64,000 nt of DNA from Candidatus Babeliales bacterium (GTDB taxonomy: Bacteria > Babelota > Babeliae > Babelales > JBFXEV01): the NCBI GenBank assembly GCA_050179755.1, contig JBFXEV010000001.1, forward strand, positions 841,994 to 905,993, given 5' to 3'. Shown here piece after piece: positions 20,701-29,700 of the stretch (position 1 is the stretch's first letter; each line of letters starts with the position of its first letter). The notes beneath the pieces are model-generated. The model saw only the letters and a program-made list of their open reading frames with translations. It was not told the DNA's origin and searched no databases. The position numbers and the translations under genes are program-made.

Positions 20701-23700
20701 GCACGAATGCTCAGAGAACATGGCGCACTCATATTTGAATTTTGTCCTGGTCGCCTAGATGATTTACCGACAATTACCTTTGTAAAAAATACACAGCTTG
20801 AAATGCCAAGGAATGCGCACCTCGTGTTTAAGGGACATGGCACCGTGATTTTAAAAGATGGTGTTCAGCTTACCTTGAACAGTGAAGTTGCAAAAAATAA
20901 ACCAACGTTAGTGTTTGATGATAATGCTACGTTGCGTGTTGCAAAAAATGGGCAAGCTGCAATAGCGGGCCGTGGTACCATTTGCTTGCAAAATGGCGGT
21001 TCATTTGAATTGACAAAGAAATCTCAATTAGTGCTTGGCACAAGCTCACGTGATGTGATTCACGTGGAAATGAAACAATTTGGTGCATTATCATTGCAGC
21101 ACCGTGATGCAGAAATTGCTTTTGCACATGGCCAGTTTGATATTCTTGCTGATTTGTGTGGTGTAATAAATATTGCGCGAGGTCGGTTATGCTTGAATGC
21201 GCGGCATCAAACTGAAGCGCCAGGGCGTATTAAACATTTTGCGTTGCGAGGTAATTCACTATTGCATATTGATCAAGGTCAGTTGGTGTTGGGTGATAAC
21301 AGTGATAATAGTAAAACATTTATTGATTGTACTTCAGGCCTGATTCAGGGTCATGGCAGAATGCGTTATCTCTCGAGCAATGCTCTTATAGACATTCAAA
21401 ATAATCCATTTATAGGCAGTTATGATATCATAACAATCTTTATGAAGCTTGGGTATATTGTGCCAGATGAAAAATCGCAGCCTTCTATTCTTGTGCATTC
21501 ATTTGATAAACTGGCAGCATTTTTGCCAGTGCGCGATGGTAGCATTGTGCGTCTTGAGCCAGGCGATCACGCAATTACTTATAGAGATGATGGTATTTTT
21601 GGATATGATCGCGATAAACGCTTATTTAGTATTAATCGTGATGGTACAAGAAATCGTATTGGCGATCTTGAACCGCTTGGCTGTTGCGATTTAATTACGC
21701 AAGCAGAATCTAACATTGCCAATTTAGAAGCGTTAACAAACCAATTATCAGGGCGTGTGGTTTCAGCTGAAAGTGGTATTTCTGTTTTGCAAACACGCGC
21801 AACTAACGATGAAGCAGCAATAACCCAGTTGCAGGTAAATGCGCAAGCAGCGCAGACAAATATTACGGGATTACAAAGCAGTATCTCCACTGTTCAACTT
21901 GGTCTTGCATCCGCGCAAAGCTCAATTGCTTCGTTGCAAACAAATGCGACAGTAGATGAAAGCCATATTACAACTTTACAAGCTAATATGGCGATAGCAC
22001 AAAATAATGTTGCGGGACTTACTACGCGCATGACTCTGGCTGAGGGTGGGTTGGGTTCAGCGCAAAGTGCTATCAGCGCATTGCAATCGCGAGCCACAAC
22101 GCACGAGAGTTTGTTGAGTGCGTTGCAATCTAATATGACTAACGCCCAAACAAATATCACGAGCCTAGGTTCTCGTATGGCCACTGCGGAAGGTGCGATT
22201 TCTTTACTGCAAAACAATATGAGTGGTTTGCAATTAAATGTTACAGGATGTCAAACAAATATTGCTGCGCTTGCTGCCAGAGCATTAATCGATGAAAGTA
22301 ATATTAGTGCGTTGCACGATGGATTTGCAACAACACAAACAGCTGTTAGTGGTCTTGGCATACGCATGGCAAGTACAGAAGGGGCTGTGACTATTTTGCA
22401 AAATAATGTGAGTACGTTGCAAGCTGATGTTATTGCCACGCAAAGCGTATGTACCGCACTTCAAACGAGTGCTCTTGCTGATGAGCATGCTATTTGGGCA
22501 TTACAAAGTAATATGACTATGGCACAAAGTAGTATTAACGTTCTTGATGCGCGTGTTACTAGTGTTGAAGAGGATTTGCAAGTTGCACAAGGGGCACTTG
22601 GTAGCCTGCAAACAAACCTTGCTCATGATGAAAGTGTTTTGTCGATTTTACAAGACAATGTTGCAGGCACACAAAGTGGCATTAGCTTACTTCAAACACG
22701 CATGGGAGTAGCAGAAAACACTTTGACGATTGCACAAGCACATATTGCCGCGTTATTGAGTAATATGCTTTCTGCCCAAGGTGCCATTAGCACGTTACAA
22801 ACAAATGCTTTAGCTGATGAGCATGCAATTGCTGTATTGCAAAATAATATCAGCAGCGCACAAACAACTATTGGCAGTTTATCAACACGGATGAATCAGG
22901 CAGAGGGAGCACTTACGGTAGCGCAAGGCAGTATTATTCATTTACAAACAACAATGACCACGGTGCAAAACTTGGTCGATACGCTTGACCTTGCACGAGA
23001 ATTAAATGAGCAAGTTATTAGAGCATTACAAACAGATGCTGTAACTAAAACAACACAGATTCAGGGATTAGAATCGCAAATTGATTCTTGTCAGTCTAAC
23101 ATTCAAGCTACTCAAACAGCTTTGAGTGCTTTGCAGCAACGAGTGACTATCGATGAAAGCAATTTAGTAAGCATAGAGTCTGGTTTGCAAAGTACCGTTA
23201 ATGCTCTTTCCGATATTACTGATCGTGTGACGATGGCAGAAGTTGATATTCAAATTACGGTAACAACGCTTGCTGCGTTGCAAACAACTATGACCATTGT
23301 TGAACATGATTTAAGTGCTGCGCACGCAAATATACTTGCATTGAACGGCCGCATGGCCAGCGCCGAGCATGAAATTGATATGTTGCAATCGGCGACGCAT
23401 CTCTTGGATACTCGATTAATTGTTGCAACACAATCCATAGATCTTATAAATGAGAGAATGGGCATAGCAGAGCAAGATATTGTGTTACTTGCAACGGCAA
23501 CGGCAGAAATTGCAAATCGCGTAATGGTTTTAGAAAATACTACCATTGCCTTTAATCAAGAACTTGATCAGTTAGTGACAGGTTCACAGTTGCAGCAAAA
23601 TTTATTGTCAATTAACTATCGGTTATATAACGCGGAAGCACACATAACCACCGCTCAAATTGATATTGCTGATGTAAAAAATCGTGTTGATAATGCTGAA

Positions 23701-26700
23701 ATGTTGCTTTCTCTTTTTGATACTACAACGCTTGCTTTTGCTAATCGCATGCTGCAGATTGAATCTGTGGATTTTGATTTCCAAAATCAGATTGATGCAC
23801 TCAACACAAGTACTTTGGTGCTTCAACAAGAAATTAATGAACTTATTCAACGTAACCAGGCAGCGGATGGTTTGCTTGAAACATATAGTCTTCAATTTGT
23901 GCAAGATGCTCTACGCCTTGCAATGCTCGAAACTGCAACGCAGTATCTAGAGGCGAGTTTAGATGTGGGGCAAAGTGATATGCAAGCCATTGTACAACGA
24001 GTTTCTGTTCTTGAATCAACTGATAATGAGCTTGTTCAAGCAGTAGATTTACTTAATGCAAGTACATACATCTTGCAGCAAGAGTTAGATGTATTGAGCG
24101 GGCAGATGATTAACGCACAAAATGGCCTTGGAGCGTTGCAAACACAGCTTAATGCTGATGAGAATGCCATTGGTGTATTGCAAACGACTCTTTCTCATGC
24201 ACAAAGTACTGTTATGGGCCTTGCTAATCGAATAAGCAGCGCTGAAACTCATATTGCGATCGATGAGCAACGCATGCTTGCTATGCAAGTTAACATGGCT
24301 GATGCACAAACTACTATTCTAACACTTACCAGTCAAATGGCAGGAGCGCAAGAAGCAATTATTGCAGCACAAGCGCACTTGTTTAGTCATGATATTGCGT
24401 TAAATCTAGTGCAAAGTGCACTGGTTGATACACAAACTGCATTGAATGTACTTCACATGCAAAATGCTCTAGATGAGCAAGCTATCGCTGCATTGCAAGT
24501 TGACATGCTTGCTACGCAAACGCATATTACGGATCTTACTATGCGTAGTGATCTTACAGAAAGTGCGTTAGCACAACAGCATGAAGCGTTAGCTGCAGTG
24601 CAACAACAGGCGTTGATTGACGAACATGCTCTTGCTGTAGTGCAATCGACTTTGAGTACTGCACAAACGGCTATTGACGTGTTATCAGGGCGCACGAGCA
24701 ACACAGAAAGTGCATTGGTTGGTGTGCAGGGTGCTTTGAGCATTGTGCAAACCAACATGCAAGTTGCGCAAAGCACTATAAGTACTTTACAAGCCAATGC
24801 ATTAACTGATGAAGCAAGTATTGTTCAATTACAAACGAATATGATCGATACGCAATTAGCTATTGCAGGTCTTGATACGCGTGTGGGCAATGCACAAGAT
24901 GATGTTACTAGTATTCAATCAGATGTGCTGGTATTACAAGTAACTATGACCAGTGTACAACATGATATTGCGCAACTGCATAATGAAAATGCTCTAGAAC
25001 AGAATATGCTTGGAACATTGCAAATGCAATTGCTTGAAAGTCAAACGCATATTATAGAGCTCACAACAGATATGCTTCAAGCAGACTTTGCCATTGGTTT
25101 GTTGCAAATGCAAAGAGCAGATGATGAGCTAGCAATAGCTGCATTGCAATCAGGTTTAGTGGCAGCACAACAGACTGAAGAGCTTTTAGATAATCGTTTA
25201 GTGCGTGCACAAAATGCTCTTGATATGTTAGATTCGGCAACGCAGGCATTAAGTTCTCGTGTAGATTCATTAGAATTAGTTGATAGAGAACACAACGAAT
25301 TATTTGAATTGGTGAGTGCAAGCACGGGTAGTTTACGTGAATTTGTTCAAGTGCTCGACCAGCAACTGAGCAGTGCGCAGGCACATATTATGCAGCTAGA
25401 AACGAGTACGCAAGCATTAGCTGCACGTGTTGGTGACATTGAAATTATCGATACTCATATGCAGCAGCAGATTGCAATGCTTATTACAAGCACGCAAGCG
25501 TTGCAACAAGAAATTACTGGATTAATGAGTGATGTATTACACCTTCAAGACAATGTAATGACATTGAGTCAGCAAACGGGAATGGCGCAGCAAGATATTA
25601 TGACGTTGCAATCTTGTTGTACGGAACATGATGCGCGTCTTATTGCGTTGGAACAAGCAGGCATTAGTTTTAATGAGGAATTGGATATGCTTGTTTCCAA
25701 CACTGAGTTTCAACAGAATTTGCGATCACTTAATTATAGGCTACAACTTGCAGAAACAAATCTGAGCGGGGCGCAAACAGACATTGAATTGCTTGATGGT
25801 CGTATGCTTATTGCGCAAGATGTACTTTCAAATTTGGTAACAGCAAGTGCTGTATTTGATACTCGTTTACTTACGTTAGAATCTGCTGATCGAAGTTTCC
25901 AAGATCAGGTTGATTTGCTCTATGCACACACAGGAGCATTACAAGTTTTAGTTGACGGCCTGAGTCAAAGAGTTGATAGTGCAGAGTCTGCAGTGCATAT
26001 GTTAGATACGGCAACCCAAGCACTTGATAGTCGTATTGCTACTATTGAAATTACAGATGCACATGTGCAAACTCAGCTTGATGCATTGCATACAAGTACG
26101 GTGCACGCACAAGTGCAATTTAATGATCTTGGCATGCATATGAATCAGGCACAAACAATGTTAACCGCACATGGCAATCGTTTAGATATGTATAGTGATA
26201 CGCTTGATCTGTTAAGTACGGCAACACACAGCCTAGATATGCGCTCGCTTACTGCACAAACAAATCTTGATGCCTTAGTTGTTCGTCTGACTGCAGATGA
26301 AACAATTGCTGCGCAATTATCACATGACGTTGAATTGCTTTCATCAAGTACTTCGTTCTTGCAAACAACATTAAATGAATTAGCGTTGCGCACAACAAGT
26401 TGTGAGATGACGCTTTCTCAATTAGCAGATGCGCAAAATCAAGATGAGGTTGCCATCGCCATATTGCAAACTGGTATGAGCGCTGCACAGGATACACTTA
26501 CAGGCCTTTCAGGTAGAACGGCACAAACAGAATTTGCACTTACTGATGCACAAGCAAGTATCGAAACGCTTGAAACGAGTGTTATTACCGCGCAGGGTGG
26601 TATTGCAATTTTGCAAAATCAAATGACGCTTGCACAATCTAATATTGCGAACTTGCAATTTAATGCGCACATTGATGAAAATATGCTGAGTGTATTGACT

Positions 26701-29700
26701 GCACATATGCAGAATGCGCAAGCTGATATTCATGATATTGAAGCGCAGGCTATATCTGTGCGTTATACGGTTTCAACCTTGCACGATGATTTGCAGCAGG
26801 TACAAACCCGCGTTACGGGCCTGAGTATGTCTATGGATATAGCGCAAGCAGACATACTAACCGCGCATGATGCAATTTCATTATTGCAAACTCAAAGAAC
26901 AGCAGATGTGAATGCGCTTACGCTCATACAAAGTAACGTATCGCTTACTCAAAATAATCTTGCAGCACTTACCGATCGCTTGCAACAAGATGAAGATAAT
27001 GCTTTTACCTTGCAAATAACAGTATCACAAGCAGAGCATAAACTTGCTACTATGCAAGATACTCTTATAACGCATAATCAAGAAATGGCTGGATTGAGCA
27101 CGAGAATATCACATGCACAGGAGGCAATTGATACGTTGGATACCACCACGGTATATTTGAAAGAACTTATTGATCTTCAAGCGGTAATTGACACTCAATT
27201 ACAGCAGCAACTTGGCATGGTTGCCACTGCAACAGCATTGCTCAGTACGCAGGTACATCTTCTTGATGGATCGTTGCAAATAGCGCTTCAGAATATGGCA
27301 GTCCTTACAGGATCGCTTGAAGATGCACAAGTTGACATTGCATTGTTAAGCAGTGATACAGGAAACTTGGCAAATAGGGTAGCAGTTCTTGAAGCAACTG
27401 ACATAGTATTTAATGATGAGATAGAGGGATTATTAACTAATACGCAGTTACAGCAAAATCTTCTTTCACTTAATTATCGTCTTAATGCAGCAGAAAGTAC
27501 ACTTACGCAGGCACAGTCAGAAATTTCTACACTTGAATATCATACGCAATCAGCACAAACTGCGTTGACATTGTTACAAACGATAACGAGTGACTTTGCC
27601 ACACGTATTGCCTTGTTAGAAGACCAGGATAATAACTTTCAAACGCAACTTGATGCGTTACATACAAGCACGCATATAGTACAACAAGAGTTAGACTCGC
27701 TTTCTGGGCGTTTACAACTTACTGAGTACACTATTACTTCATTAGAACAGACAGCTACCCTGCTAGGGCAGCAACTAAGAAGTGCACAAGATGCATTTGC
27801 AGCGTGTCAAACTCAGCAACAAGATGCTAATGAAAACATTACAGAGTTGCAAACAACAGTTGACCTTATGCAAGATGGATTATTTGTACTTAAGCTTACT
27901 CTGTCTCGCGATGAGAGTGACTTAAGAGTAGCACAGCATGATATCAGTTTGGCACAGACGAGTATAGCAGCGCTTGATGCTCGATCCTCAATCGCTTCTG
28001 CATCAATTACTGCATTAGATACAGCATTGAATGCTTTGCAAGCTAACGTATCACATGATGAAAATCTTTTGAGTACATTGCAAACAACTATGACAACAGC
28101 GCATAGTGTTCAAGCAGCTTTACACACAAGGCTTACTGCAATTGAAGGTGTTTCAGTGAGTACTCAGCAGTCTTTGTCATTATTCCAAACTCAACTACTG
28201 ACTGCGCAAAATGACATGGCAGTTGCAGAAGGTACCCTTAGTGACCTTGGTGCACGCATGGACCTTACGCAAGCTGGTATTGCTTTGTTACAAACAGCTA
28301 CATCATGGCTACAAAATGCACTGAGTACTGTTACGGATTCATGTGAGCAGCTTACGGTTTGGCAGTCTCGAGCAGATACTCTCTTTGAGAACTTGGCTAC
28401 TGTTACAAACAACTTATCTGTCTGTTGCACTGAATTAGCTTCATTTGAAGATCATGTTCTGCAAGAATTGACACTCATTAAAACAAGTACGGGCGTATTG
28501 CAAGCAGAGCTTGACGAGCTTGATATCTACATGAGTAACGCACAAAGCTTACTTACTAATTTAAGTAGCGAGGTTGTAACGTTAGATGCACGTATTGCCT
28601 TAGATGAAAATGCAGACCAAGCACTACAAACGTTGGTGCAAGATGCGCAGAGCAAGATATTAGGGCTTGATACTCGCATACTACGTGCAGAAGGCAGTAT
28701 TACTGCTCATCATGATATACTTGCAACATTACAAACACAAGTAAATACAGACGCTGCAGCACTTATTAATCTTCAAAGTACTACTGTTGCAGCACAGCAT
28801 GAAATTGCCGCCCTAGCAGATCGCATAATAACTGTGGAAGGTGCCGTACGTATGCTGCAAGAAGACGAGCAGGTTGAACAGATTAAGCTTGCAGCGGTTG
28901 AAAATAGAGTGAACGCGTTAGAAGTGCAAACACTGCGCAATGAAAATATGGTAAGCGATTTAGTGACTTCCTTATCATTAACGCACATTGCGCAAAATGA
29001 GTACGATATACGTCTTGAAAATATAGAAAATGATCTAGTAACAGTCCATACAAATATAATTTCACTGCATACTACGCAACAGCAAGATGAAGCCTTAGTT
29101 AATCAATTGCACAGTAACTATATTTCGTTACAATCTACAATGACTTTGGTTCAAGCGTTAATAGCGCCCTTTGAGGAATTGCAAAATAATTACATGCAAT
29201 TTGAATCACGAATTACTGATATTGAAAATACGCTTGTTGATGTAGTTCCATCAGTATCAAATTTACAACATGCTTTTGTTATTGCAGAAGATAGCATTGC
29301 AGTGTTGCAGGATGCATATAATGCAGATGCGCAGTATATAAGCCAGTTGCAAACTTCGGTAACCCTCATTGAGCAAGAGCAAATTGACCATGCGCTGCGA
29401 TTGAGTGTGCTTGAAGATGCAGTACGTGCAGAAAAAGCTGGTCTTGCATCTATGCAAATAACTATGAGCTTCTGTGCACAAGATGTAAGTTCTCTTATTA
29501 TCGATTGTGCAAATAATCAACTTCACATGAATACCTTGCAACAAGACATATTTGCAGTACAAGGCGCACTTCTTGGCTTAGATACGCGCATGATTAGTGC
29601 AGAACATGCACTGGAAAAAGATCAAAGTGCTATTAAAGCATTGCAAGATGAAGATGCTGTAGACGATATTTCGATTGCAACGTTAGCTTCTACATTAAGT

